Under the pieces are notes generated by a model. It did not search any database. It saw nothing but the letters and a program-made list of their open reading frames with translations, and was not told the DNA's origin. Shown here piece after piece: positions 39,100-50,159 of a DNA stretch of 64,000 bases. The translations under genes were made by a program, and so were the position numbers. Every line of letters begins with the position of its first letter. Position 1 is the first letter of the stretch. The stretch is from Rotaria sordida. Its lineage: Eukaryota. The stretch covers positions 1 to 64,000 of the forward strand of contig CAJNOH010000668.1 in assembly GCA_905250005.1 (NCBI GenBank). The letters are read 5' to 3'.

Positions 39100-40773
39100 A
39101 TGATATATTTTGTAATATCCATAATTATTGGAATTATTTCGTATATAATCTACAAGAGATACAAAAACTCATTGAAGTCTCCTTCTACCACTACTCAGTA
39201 TGATCATGCCATAATTCTTGGAGGGAGCATTGGAGGAATCGTTACTGCAGCTTATTTATCTAAATATTTTAAACGAATAACTATTATTGAATCAGATGAT
39301 GTACTAAATGATATATTTATGAAATCTACACCTAGCGAAATATTAGATTATCGATGTCGACTTGAAAATCCAACATCATTAGGACGTTCAGGTGTTAGTC
39401 AAATATATCAATTACATGGACTTCAGGCTGAAGGTTATAAAATATTACAAGAATTATTTACTAATATAAAAGACAAATTATTCAATGAATATGGTGTTCG
39501 TACTTATTCAACAAAAAACGAGATCAAAGTAGCAATTGATGGTGTAGTCTTAAATCAATATTTAACCAAAGATATTGATTGGTTAGGTATTGATCGTTTT
39601 ACATTAGAAATAATTTTAAGAAAAGAATTCTGTTTGAAATTCAATAATCAAATTGAATGGAAATGTAATAGTAGAGTAATGAAATTAATTGTTAATCAAT
39701 CATCAAATATTGTTAAAGGTGTAAAATATCGATCAAAGAAAAATATCGATTCATCATCATTATTTGATATCTATGGAGATTTTATTATTGATTGTACTGG
39801 TCACAATACATCATCATCTAAATGGTTAAAAGAGAGTTTGAATTTAATTGTACCAACTGTACAAATACATTTTGGTGGTGGTGCTGTTACATTTATTGGT
39901 GAAAGATTTCGAACCGGTAATCTAACATTCGATTCAGCGGCTGTAATTGGTGTCATTGCTAATCCTCCGAAGAAAAATACTAGTTTTATTCTAAGTCCAG
40001 TGCGACAAATCAATACAACTGATCAAAATTCATTAGGAATATTAACAGCATGTGCTATAACCTGTGTTAATTCCGAATATCCACCTAATGATTCATATGA
40101 AAACTTATTAGAATGGACAAAAGAAAATCTAGATCCAGAATATTTTACGGTTATAAAATCAATAAAAATTTCTAGTCCAATAATTCCAAATCGTCATGCA
40201 ATTGATGATCGAAAGTATGTCGAAGTACTCGGTAAAAAATGGCCTCAAAATTATGTATTAATAGGTGATGCTATGTGTACATTTAATCCACAATATGCAC
40301 AAGGTATGACACATGCATGTAGACAGGCAAGAGAATTAGGAAAAATCTTTGGCGAAAATTGTCATAAATTAAAAGATATTTCTCATATTTTTAATCGTCG
40401 TGCTTCAAAAATTACTGAAGAATGTTGGCTTGCTTCGACTGTAAATGATTGGAAAATACCAACATTAAAAGTAATTGAAACAAATAAAAATGGTCAAGTG
40501 AAAATTTATCAAAGAGGTTATCATTCGGATATAACTAACAATGATGAACCACGAACACCTTTAAAAATACGATTTATGCAATGGTATAATTATTGGTTTT
40601 TTCAATGTGCATCGAAATCTGAACAATTAGCTACAGATTTCCTATTTGTTGTCAATCAATCGAGCAATCCATTAATATTAATGAAACCTACAACTTTTTT
40701 TAGAGTTATTCGTATGGCATTCATGAATTATTTAAAGGAGAAAGGTCTTTTTGGTAGAAGATCGACTTCATAG
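39100..40773 (+). CDS. FAD-dependent monooxygenase (class A flavoprotein hydroxylase / halogenase-like fold) with an N-terminal transmembrane anchor. Single exon, 557 aa.
   Basis: N-terminal helix MIYFVISIIIGIISYIIY. FAD-binding Rossmann GxGxxG: AIILGGSIGGIVTAAYLS. Second FAD motif YVLIGDAMCTFNPQYAQGMTHA (the GDAxH/NPxxGxGmn consensus of PHBH-family monooxygenases and flavin halogenases). The ORF is intronless, unlike neighbouring metazoan-type genes, and is bounded by telomeric-repeat islands at 37182-37222 and 41761-41822. Confidence 0.8.
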   Translation: MIYFVISIIIGIISYIIYKRYKNSLKSPSTTTQYDHAIILGGSIGGIVTAAYLSKYFKRITIIESDDVLNDIFMKSTPSEILDYRCRLENPTSLGRSGVSQIYQLHGLQAEGYKILQELFTNIKDKLFNEYGVRTYSTKNEIKVAIDGVVLNQYLTKDIDWLGIDRFTLEIILRKEFCLKFNNQIEWKCNSRVMKLIVNQSSNIVKGVKYRSKKNIDSSSLFDIYGDFIIDCTGHNTSSSKWLKESLNLIVPTVQIHFGGGAVTFIGERFRTGNLTFDSAAVIGVIANPPKKNTSFILSPVRQINTTDQNSLGILTACAITCVNSEYPPNDSYENLLEWTKENLDPEYFTVIKSIKISSPIIPNRHAIDDRKYVEVLGKKWPQNYVLIGDAMCTFNPQYAQGMTHACRQARELGKIFGENCHKLKDISHIFNRRASKITEECWLASTVNDWKIPTLKVIETNKNGQVKIYQRGYHSDITNNDEPRTPLKIRFMQWYNYWFFQCASKSEQLATDFLFVVNQSSNPLILMKPTTFFRVIRMAFMNYLKEKGLFGRRSTS

Positions 40774-41760
40774 AATTCTCTAAAACATACTTCTTCATAC
40801 AGTCAAACAATAAATTGTTCTTTTTTCTTTTGTGTTCTGTCAAGATTGATATGTTTCTACATGTGAAGGGGATGGGGAAGAAAAGAAAGCAATAAAGCAT
40901 ATCTTTAATCTGTGCAAGAAAATCTTTCTTCATCTTTATTTTTCGAACAATGAATCATTTTTGAAAGTTGTGATATTGACTTATGTCTTTTATTCAGTTT
41001 CGCAGTGTCACGTTATCTAAATACACTCGTAAGTGTTGGTAGTCTTCTATTAGTAACTATTTCGATCGCATTCTGGCGAACATTTGATGTCTGTTGAGAA
41101 CTTGCAGGAAACTCGGATCTTTAGTTGTGATACAAGTTTAAGAGTTATGAGTATTATATGATTTCTAATTCAATTTCAAGTGAAATTGGCAAGATTTACA
41201 CGGAAGAAATTGACTAGAGGGATAAAATTGTTTTCTTGTTATAAGAAACAGTGAAGTCGCTGAAATCGAATAACCATGGATGAACGAGCAAGTGCTTCTT
41301 GATGTTGGATTTCAGAACACTCCTACCCACCGCTGCTCATATGACATTGTCTATTTTGTTTTTTTTCTCTTTCTAGACACTCCTTGATAATCTGTGATAA
41401 ACAACTTGAGTAAAGCGTATGTAACATATGAGATATGGGTATCACTAATATATACTGCGACATATGAAGGAACTTCCTGGATTCACAATGTGTCAAAATT
41501 TATATTTTCACATTTTTATGTTCGATGACTAGTGCATCTTATATGTTTTTCAGACAAGTCATCTGAGAAATGTATAGGATAGAACTTATCAGGTTTAAAA
41601 TTTTCGATCTCGAAGAACTAGATGAGATCTTGTCAAATTTTGAGGTATGTTTAGATTTCCACAAACAGCCAATTTCCAAAATTACTATAAAATCCTATAC
41701 AATACAGAGACTAATCCATAGCAGAAATACAGAAATTTACTAGAAAGTGCAGAAAGGGGG

Positions 41761-41822
41761 ATGTAGGTGTGGGCATGGATGCGTTGTGTAGATAGTATCA
41801 TTGATTCACCCACACCTACATA
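41761..41822. repeat. Inverted telomeric-repeat pair: atgtaggtgtgggcatggatg ... cacccacacctacat.
   Basis: Read directly in the sequence. Confidence 0.8.
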
Positions 41823-41889
41823 TAACTATATGCAGGTCCCGCGCGAAGGTCCCAGGATTGGAAGGGGTGCAATGGGTCCTGAGGCAGCT

Positions 41890-42500
41890 AAGCTTGAGCG
41901 AAGCAAAAATTTTTTCAGTGGCGTAGCCAAGGGGAAAGAGGATCGGTCCCTTTCCAAGAAAAATTTCCTGATGGAGTACAGAGTTCAACTTTCGCGAAGC
42001 GAAAATTTTTTTTTACTATGATGGTCCCCCTTGGAACCCTGGTTCCTCCTCTTAGAAAACTTCTGGCTACGCATCTGATTTTTTTTCGCATTAGATCTGA
42101 TATTAATGTTTCTCTTGCAACCTAAAATGTAACAATTTCTCGCAAAGCAAAAGCTTTTTGCAACCTTCTTAAAAAACTCGACTTTCTCGGGCAAATTTTC
42201 AAGAAGACAATTCATGTCCAATGTAAGAAAATTTTTCAACAATTCGGCCGGCGAAGGCGGCCACGCTGGTGATGATTGTTCTCGATTAGGTCTTTCAAAG
42301 GGAAAATCGACTAAAGTTGGAAGTTTTTCTAAGTTAACTTTGGTTACGCAACTGTTATTTTTTGCGAAGCGAAAACTTTTTTCAGACTTATGAAAAACTC
42401 GTCTTTTGCTTATTTTTTTCGAAAGGAAAGAGTGTTGCGATAAGTCGTAACAATTTTGCCGCCAAAGACGGCCACCTAGTGATGATTGCTTGAAAATAAA
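41890..42500. repeat. Complex repeat of roughly 2-3 tandem ~220-bp units. Each contains (g)cgaagcgaaaa(n)tttttt, ...aaaaactcg(a/t)ct(t)tt... and g(c)cggc(g/c)aa(g/a)(g/a)cggccac(g)ctrgtgatgattg(t/c)t motifs. It also carries an inverted gcgtagcca...tggctacgc pair. The minus-strand ORF 41985-42509 is probably spurious.
   Basis: 42243-42285 ggccggcgaaggcggccacgctggtgatgattgttc vs 42453-42490 ttgccgccaaagacggccacctagtgatgattgcttg. gcgaagcgaaaa at 41990, 42364 and 41898 (variant). 41926 gcgtagccaagg vs 42058 ctggctacgc. Confidence 0.5.
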
Positions 42501-42884
42501 GCTGCTCACAAGGTAGAAAACCGTAAAATTGTCATAAAAATAGAAAAATCATAGACATTTTTAGGCTGAATACGCTCATATGATTATTCCTTCGCGAAGA
42601 GACAAATTTTAACATCTCAGAATTTTCTAGAAAAACCATCGTTTTACACTGGGTTTCGAGGAAAAAAAACCATCTAATTTCTTCAACTTGCCATAGAACT
42701 TCATGTTTTTCACCGATATAACAACTATAGTTTACAATTATTCGGGAAAGGTCATCCCCTAACTCCCTCTCTACTCAGAATCCTTTTGGGAGATGTCTGA
42801 AAAACCTCTAACAGGGAAGATATTTTAAAAGTTAAAAAAAATTCATCCACTTTGCTGGCTAATAATAAATAATTTTCAATTATT

Positions 42885-43650
42885 GTGGGGGTGTACACCC
42901 TCCTACACCCCTCCCCACTTTCGCGGGTGCTGGGTACAAGATAATCATATTCTCTTGTACCAAGATCTTGAATCAGATCTTGAGTACAGATATGGAAGAT
43001 CTTGGGTAAAGATTCATAAGATCTTAGGTGTGGATTCATAAGATCTTGGATACATATTAAGATAAAACGTGTTGCATGAGGCGTGATTTGGGACACAATG
43101 TATAATACATTTTTGAAAGCGTCGTTCGAACCTATCAAATAGTGCATTCATTATTTTTTTTCTATAAAACCATGTTATGACATTTTTTCAATTTAGTTTA
43201 ATTTTAATTATTCCTATCCCAAATAACTGAAGCAAGTCAGATCTTAGAATCTGCCTGACCTTGAGATAGTTCGATCTTCATCAGACTGCTTCAAGGTAGT
43301 CCTCTCTCAATCATCGATCGAGATCAGCATGTTCTCGAATGATCAACACTAGAGAAATAGTTTTAAAAAACAAACTATATTGAAAATGTATGTTTTGTAT
43401 GTTCAATCACGTTGTTTCTGTATGGCTCTGTATGCATTAAAAAACGGCGAATGACTAGTCAACATGTAAACACTAATGATGTCGCTCTTTTACTCAAGTT
43501 CTTGTGAGAAGACAATAGTAAACGATGTCTTTTCTATGATCTTGACAAGATCTTAAGTACAGATTTATCCGATACAACCAAGATATTCACATACAAATTA
43601 TCTTTTCAAGATCTTATGAAGATCTTGCTTACAAGATGTTCGACTAGGGA
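42885..43650. repeat. Element bounded by clusters of the palindromic word AAGATCTTG. Clusters lie at 42956-43065 (6 copies) and 43541-43640 (5 copies). The element begins at a zero-spacer inverted telomeric junction GGGTGTACACCC.
   Basis: caagatcttgaatcagatcttgagtac...gaagatcttgggtaaagattcataagatcttaggtgtggattcataagatcttgga, then ...gatcttgacaagatcttaagtac...caagatcttatgaagatcttgcttacaagatg. 42889-42900 gggtgtacaccc is a perfect 12-bp palindrome. Possibly a DNA-transposon remnant. The minus ORF 42752-43147 is probably not real. Confidence 0.35.
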
Positions 43651-44324
43651 TTTGTTCTTTTACCTTTAATTTAAAACAAGTAATGTTTAAGTACCTAATA
43701 GGAATTACATTAATAAGACCCTTCTTTTATTATCAAATGAATCGTCAACTTCGATTTTTTTTATTACAATAAGTTTTAGGGTCATCATTTACATTTACTT
43801 TTTTGTTCTGGTCTTTGTCATGAATCAACCATTTGAGTCATGTTGTTTTACGAAAAAAAGTCAAATACACAGAACAGAAAAATGTCGACAGTCGTCAGAA
43901 TGATTCTCTCGCCTTTTATTTTGCAACATACTAAATTTCACAACTACCGAGTTGGATGTGTTATATACATCACATTTCTAGATACTCCTATCAACTGAAT
44001 GCATTACTTCAACGGCTACCAAACGTACTAGATAATATTTGTGTATAGTTTCACATGATAGAAATCTCGTATAATTAGTATAAATTTCGGAAGTACGTCT
44101 GTCACTCGGCAATTTTGCTTTGTATTACATCGAGACATCTACACTTACGTCATCTTCCATCTTCACTGACCTATCACAAGTAAAGCAACGATACACTTTT
44201 GTTTTTCTCTGCAGTTGTTAAATCATCCACTTTTTGCGTACATACATGTTACTAATTCTATAAAAAATTTTATTCATAGTAACGAAATCAACTCTTATTA
44301 CAAGCGTAACAACTTACTTTTAAG

Positions 44325-47300
44325 ATGAATATCGAGATGAATCCTTCTCATACGAAACCAAGTTTTTGGTATTGTGATGTATGCAAGCGTAATTTCGATC
44401 ATGGGACGTTTCGTTACAACTGTATCGTGTGTCCCGATTATGACCAATGTAAGGAATGTACAGCGACGATGTGCCCACCACATCCTCACTCTTTAGTTCT
44501 CGAGTTGGCTTTTGGTGATGGAGAAAATACAACTTCCAATGGGAGAACTATGGCATCTGCAATTGAAGCAGCGATAGAGATCTATTGTGATCGTCAATGT
44601 CTGGGAGTACGAGACTTCGATAAAGATAATCCCGAACACTATGCCAATACCTACTCATGGCAAACTTACAAGACAGTGGGAGATCGGTCGATAAATTTTG
44701 GCCATGGACTACGACGTTTGATCGAACCACGTGATTATGTTGGTATTTGCGCATCGAGTCGACCCGAATGGGTTATATCAGACTTTGCATGCATGTTACA
44801 AAATTTTATTGGTGTACCGATATATTGTCTTTTGAATGATCGTGATACTGCTTTTATCGTTAATAACACGAATATATCCTTGATCGTTTGTGACAAAGAG
44901 ATGCTACCGAAATTTATTCGACTACGCTCAGAGTGTCCATCACTCCGTTATCTCGTTTGCATGGAACCAATTCTTCATACGACTACAGGTAGGAATAGAT
45001 ACCATTCAAATTTCATGAGCTCTTTTAAGGGTCATCTAAAAAGTTTTCTTGGCCAGATTCTTCAATTTATCATGAATCTTGCTAGTTCTAGAATATTACT
45101 GATATTCAATGAAAAATCATCCTTTCTTCGTTCATTTTGATCTATGAAAATCACATTGATTGTATCAATTTATTTTGTTGTAGACACGAACAGTAATGAA
45201 TTGTCGAATCAATGTTCCACCGGTTCTTATCAGTCGTTCTTGAATTTTGATAAATACAGTGAAGTACCGAAGAAAAAAGATGGTCTTTCGATTCACTACA
45301 TTGGTGATATCGAAAAAATGGGCTCTTGTAAACGATACAATTATGTCCCTATCGAGCCGAATGATATTCTCACCATCATTTATACAAGTGGTAGCTCCGG
45401 CTTCCCGAAAGGAGTCATGATTTCTGACAGTGCTTTGAGAAGTCTTTTTTCAGAGGAACTTTCACCATCGACTGGCGAACAAGTGACGTTCTCCTATCAA
45501 CCACTTGCATGGTATGGTGGACGAAATAACTTGATTGGAACGTTTCTTCTTGGAGGATGTGCTGGATTCTTCACAGGCAATCCATCTCGGCTGATGGAAG
45601 AGTTGGCTTTGGTAAGACCGATGGTTTTTCCTGCTCCACCAAGTATTTGGAATAAAATTTATTCCGAATTTAAATCAGCTCTTGCATTGACTATGGTCGC
45701 TGATTCACAACAACATGCTGAAGTAGAAGAAGAGCTTCTTCGACAGTTCTCAAAATTAATTCCATCAAGGTGTAATACGATCGCTATCGTCGGTGCCCAA
45801 ATCAGTCCGTTAGTACTCGACTTTATGCACAAATGCTTTCGACACTGTCAAATCGAAGATGGTTATGGAATCACAGAATGTGGAGGTGTAGCATTCAACA
45901 ATCGTTTCGATCCAACTGTTATCTATCGACTTGAATCAGTTCCTGAAATGAACTTTACACTTGAAGATCAACCTTTCCCACGCGGTGAACTTTTAACAAA
46001 AACACGTCAAATGTTTTCCGGATATGTCAATAATCCGACCGAAACACGAGCAGCATTGACCGATGACGGTTTCTTTCGTACTGGCGATATTGTTGAACTA
46101 CGTCAAATCCCAGATAGACCACCTTATGTCTATATAATTGATCGCAAGAAGAATTTCTTCAAACTTTCCAACGGACAATTTGTGTCTCCTGAGTATCTTC
46201 AGGGTATCCTCACTCGAAGTGCTTTCATCGAACAGATCTTCATTCATGGTGATCTGTATGAAGACAGTGTCACTGCTGTTATTGTACCCAATCGAGATCA
46301 CGCTCAAGCATTTGCCATTGAGAACAATATAACGTCGCTCGAATCGGATCCGAAATTTTACGACGCAATCATGCGTGATTTGCATGAAATTGGTACCAAG
46401 GAATCACTTCGAAAGCATGAAATTCCATCACGAATAATTATTGATTTCGAACGATTCACCGTCGAAAATGGATTGCTCACTTCATCCTTGAAGCCTTGTC
46501 GTCCCAAATTGATTGCTCATTATGCAAAGCGATTGAAGACAACAAACACATTGGAACAACGGTTGAAAACCATCATCGAAACAGTCACAGGTCAATCGTT
46601 GACGATCAATGATCATGTCAACTTTCTAGCCACCGGTGGTAACTCTTTGGCAGCCGTACGTTTATCACGAATGGTTCGCGAGGATCTCGGAATCACTCTG
46701 CCACTCAATATTCTTTTCCAATCCGAGATGAATCTCAAACGTTTGACAGAGTTTGCTCAAAATCCTTCATTGATTCAACACGATTCGATCGTCTCGCGAC
46801 TCCTACATGATGCCGAACTTGATCTCAATATTACAATTGGCAAACCAAAAATACTTGCTAGCTTCCCATCGATGGTTTTCGTGACGGGTACAACAGGATT
46901 TGTTGGTGGTTTCTTATTATTCGAAATGTTGAATAGATATCCGATTGATTGTAAATTCATTTGTCTCGTTCGATGTGAACAGTCGACGAATCCATTAGAT
47001 CGTATTCAAAAGAATATGGTTTTTCTTCATCTATGGCAAGACCATTTTCGAGAACGTATCGTACCGCTACGAGGCGATCTTTCTCAGACTCAGTTTGGAC
47101 TAGATGACAAGACTTATGCATCAATTGCAGCGCAAATTGACCTCATTTTTCATTGTGGTGCCACTGTCAATTTCCTATTACCCTATAGCCAACTTTATGG
47201 TTCGAACGTTTGTGGTACTCGAGAAATCATTCGTCTTGCAACTTATCCGTCCAACTGTATTCCTGTACAATATATATCGACAATCAGTGTTCTACCACCG

Positions 47301-47927
47301 GGTATTGTCGAGGAAATGCATATTGACGCTATCACACCACATTGTCTGACCACTGGTTATGGACAGAGTAAATGGGTGGCAGAGAAACTTATGAGAAAAG
47401 CTAGCTGTTTTGGTCTACCAGTTGTCATCTATCGGCTTGGCTCAATGTGCGCTAGCGTGAATAGTGGTGCCTGTAATCCACTCGATCTTCATACAATATT
47501 CATCATTGCCATATTGAAGACAGGTTCTTATCCGACCGAAGCGCTCAGCATGAGGCTCGACACTTTACCAGTGAATTTCGCTGCTAGCAATATCGTTCGT
47601 CTGAGTCTCGTTCGACCTGATGTGTATGGAAATGTCTATCATGTTGTTCATCCTGATGGTGGAGTGACATTTCAGAATATCGTTACAAGTGCGAAATTGT
47701 ATGGTGTAAAAGTAAACGATGTTCCTTTCGAACAATGGCGATCAACGATGCGAGGCCATTCATTTGAATCAGCCGACGAGTTGCTATTCGAGTTGATTTT
47801 CGGAAAACGATTAATATTATCGGCCAAACAATTTTACAGTATTGTATCTCCACTCAACATTCCGGCTATGGACAACGACTATACAAATAAATGGTTAGCA
47901 TTTATAATGCAAAATGTTCGACATTGA
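44325..47927 (+). CDS. NRPS-like carboxylic-acid/acyl reductase: N-terminal ZZ-type zinc finger, adenylation (AMP-binding, ANL), thiolation (PCP), and thioester reductase (R) domain. Two exons (44325-44988, 45184-47927; intron 44989-45183), ~1135 aa.
   Basis: ZZ: YCDVCKRNFDHGTFRYNCIVCPDYDQCKECTATMCPPHPHSL. A-domain cores: A3 IIYTSGSSGFPKGVMIS, A5 EDGYGITECGG, A7 FFRTGDIVEL, A8 IDRKKNFFKLSNGQFVSPEYLQ, A10 LLTSSLKPCRPK. T domain 4'-PP site: NFLATGGNSLAAVRLSRMV. R domain: VFVTGTTGFVGGFLLFEML (TGxTGFLG NAD(P) motif) and GYGQSKWVAEKL (YxxxK). Intron: donor ACAG|gtagga at 44988/44989, acceptor ttgttgtag|AC at 45183/45184, phase-consistent (…HTTT-D-TNSNE…). ORF 45144's MKITLIV start is therefore not a real start. 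Confidence 0.9.
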
Positions 47928-48251
47928 TGACATGTCATCATTTTCTATAATCATGTGAATCATTTTTGTAATATGTGCGGATGTTACACAAATAATAATA
48001 TATTCGGATAGAGAAACAACTTTCATTGTTTCAGTACAAGATAAAATTAATAGTAGAAAGTATATCCTGGAATTTTTTGGACGGTCAAAGAGATATTTAT
48101 TAAAAAGGATGAGTTGCATAAAAGCTAATATTGATTTGCACATACAACAAAAACAAGATCATTTTCGTTTCTTGTATTGTTTTGTGTACATTGTTTTGAC
48201 CAACTAAATACAAGTCAAATAACTTGTACAAAGAACTGGTTGCTTTGTTTG

Positions 48252-48614
48252 TAGGGGTAGGGTGGAGTGCGGTTGTGGTTGCGGGTGTGGATATCGGTGT
48301 GTGGGTGTGGATGTGGATGAAGGAAGTACCTATACCCACACCCACACCTACCCATACACATCCACGCCCACACCCACATGCACACCCACACCCCACACCC
48401 AGTGTGGATATGGGATGTAGGTGTGAGGTAGAACAAAATCAACCAACTCAGGTACATACTTACAGCGACAGCGCCAACCACACCATAAATATTCCTAATA
48501 TCCAAATTCAAGTTTAAGTCAATGCGACATGATTGCCATCTTGAGGGTGAGTGTGGATGTGGGTGGATGGGTGTACGATTGTTTTCAACAACACCCATAA
48601 TCACCCACACCCGC
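48252..48614. repeat. Largest telomeric-repeat island with the block order G, C, G ... G, C. It sits immediately 3' of the A-T-R gene. The overlapping ORFs (48100-48396, 48215-48610, 48224-48517) are artefacts.
   Basis: gtaggggtagggtggagtgcggttgtggttgcgggtgtggatatcggtgtgtgggtgtggatgtgg / cccacacccacacctacccatacacatccacgcccacacccacatgcacacccacaccccacaccc / gtgtggatatgggatgtaggtgtgaggt / gggtgagtgtggatgtgggtggatgggtg / cacccataatcacccacacccgc. Confidence 0.9.
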
Positions 48615-48759
48615 AGTTATACTACACTGTCGATATCTCAGCTGGAGTGTAACTTGTACTCATATTCTTTTAAGCTTTTTCTGCTGCATATGTGACGTAG
48701 GGTGCACCGATTTTGAGCTCAAAAGCTTTTTAGTACTTCAGGGATTTGACCGTAAGAGA

Positions 48760-48910
48760 ATCAGTATCAGGTTATAGGTGTTATGATACACTCTTAAGGA
48801 CATAGTCATATGAGTATGCGTATAAGGATATAGGTGTAAGGATATAGACATACAAGTATAGGTACAAGAATATAAGTATGTTGGTATAGATATAAGGATA
48901 TAGTTATAAT
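48760..48910. repeat. Low-complexity (GGTATA / AGGATATA / TATAGGT)n block. A second similar block lies at 49915-50040.
   Basis: gttataggtgttatgata...gtataaggatataggtgtaaggatatagacatacaagtataggtacaagaatataagtatgttggtatagatataaggatatagttataatggtataggc, and aaggtataaggatatagccataagaatataagtatacgggtatagtcatacgggcataggtatgag. Confidence 0.7.
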
Positions 48911-49459
48911 GGTATAGGCAAGTTGAAGGAAGTTCAAAATTTAAGCAGAAATTTAGCTTTTTTTGTTTTATGTGTAGTGAGCTCAACGAGTTACATAGGA
49001 AAAGTGCCATGTTAGAGATTTGAAAGTTGGTTTTCTCTGAACAAAATTCAAAATAATGAGTTTTTCAAAAGCATGCCAAATGAATCAAGTTTTAAATATA
49101 ATGCCGAATTCTCGTGTTTATTGATGTGTCGAATTCCAAAAGTAATCTTTTGTAATTCTGCATGTAAAACTGTACATAAAATACTAGATTATCCGTTCTT
49201 GTGGTCTAAAATGAACGGTGTTCCCTCGAAACATGAGTAGAACCCTGATAAAATGCCTTCTGTGTGCATTGTCAACTTATCAAGTATTTTTGCATAAACG
49301 ATGAAAAACTTTCTTTTAGTAGATTACAGTTAGTACACCAATGAAAAAAAGGAGCGTGCCTGTTTAAAATAATAATGATGCATTGCTTGAAAAATCATGT
49401 TTTTTATATCAGTGGTACGATGATTAAGAATGAACTCATGTTTGGACATTGTGATCATC

Positions 49460-49720
49460 AAAATCTTGCTTTCAAATAAAATTCAGGTGATATTTAAAGC
49501 CAGCATAAAAAGCTGAATCGAATAACATAGATCTTATTACAAAATATTTTTCATCGAAATTTGATCCCTTCTTCTATGGCTTATTTGAAGTGATTTAATC
49601 AGAGCTCCCGTTCGGATTGAATTTCGATAAAAAATATTTTGTAATAAAATCTATGCATTTCGATTCAGCTTTTTATGCTGGTTTTAAATATCATATGAAT
49701 TTTATTCGAAAAAAGTTTGG
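49460..49720. repeat. Long inverted repeat (foldback) with arms of ~100 bp around a ~60-bp centre at ~49590. Flanked on both sides by the GGTATA-type low-complexity blocks.
   Basis: 49490-49580 ttaaagccagcataaaaagctgaatcgaataacatagatcttattacaaaatatttttcatcgaaat is the reverse complement of 49612-49700 atttcgataaaaaatattttgtaataaaatctatgcatttcgattcagctttttatgctggttttaaa, with a few mismatches. Confidence 0.7.
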
Positions 49721-50159
49721 ATGATTAAAATGTCCAAATATGAGCTCGTCTTAATTATTTGGGATTTTCTTCAGCGAAAGCCAACTTTCAAACGCGTAAT
49801 GTAGTATTTTTCCTATGTAATTCGATGAGTTCTATTCACATAAAAAAAAAGACAACAAAAATAAATTACTGCTTTAATTTTGAATTAGCTCTACCTAACA
49901 AGGTTAAAGATATAACTGTAAAGGTATAAGGATATAGCCATAAGAATATAAGTATACGGGTATAGTCATACGGGCATAGGTATGAGAATACAGTCTTACA
50001 AATACAGCTGTAGGAATTTAGTTATACGGTATAGGCGTAGGGATTTAGACAGTGAGGTGCCACCATTCCGATCTCATTTGTAGGGTATAGCCATTACAAT
50101 GTGGCAACAACATAGGTGGATTTTGTAAGAATTGCTGTGAATTTTAATCGAGTAATATA

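Noticed and set aside
41985-42509. 174-aa minus-strand ORF.
   Set aside because: It falls entirely inside the complex ~220-bp repeat. It is low-complexity with no recognisable domain or start context.
42752-43147. 131-aa minus-strand ORF.
   Set aside because: It spans the AAGATCTTG repeat cluster and telomeric junction. The peptide (…QDLIQDLG…) reflects the repeats.
45144-45183. MKITLIVSIYFVVD... as the start of an independent 927-aa gene.
   Set aside because: The upstream ORF 44325-44988 (ZZ finger plus the N-terminal part of the A domain) joins it in phase through a canonical gtagga...ttgttgtag intron (44989-45183). The apparent Met lies within the intron.
48100-48610. ORFs 48100-48396(-), 48215-48610(-), 48224-48517(+). 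Also 55271-55465(-) and 55328-55510(+).
   Set aside because: They lie entirely within TGTGGG/CCCACA telomeric-repeat islands. The translations are PTPTP / HPHPH / GCGCG runs produced by the hexamer.
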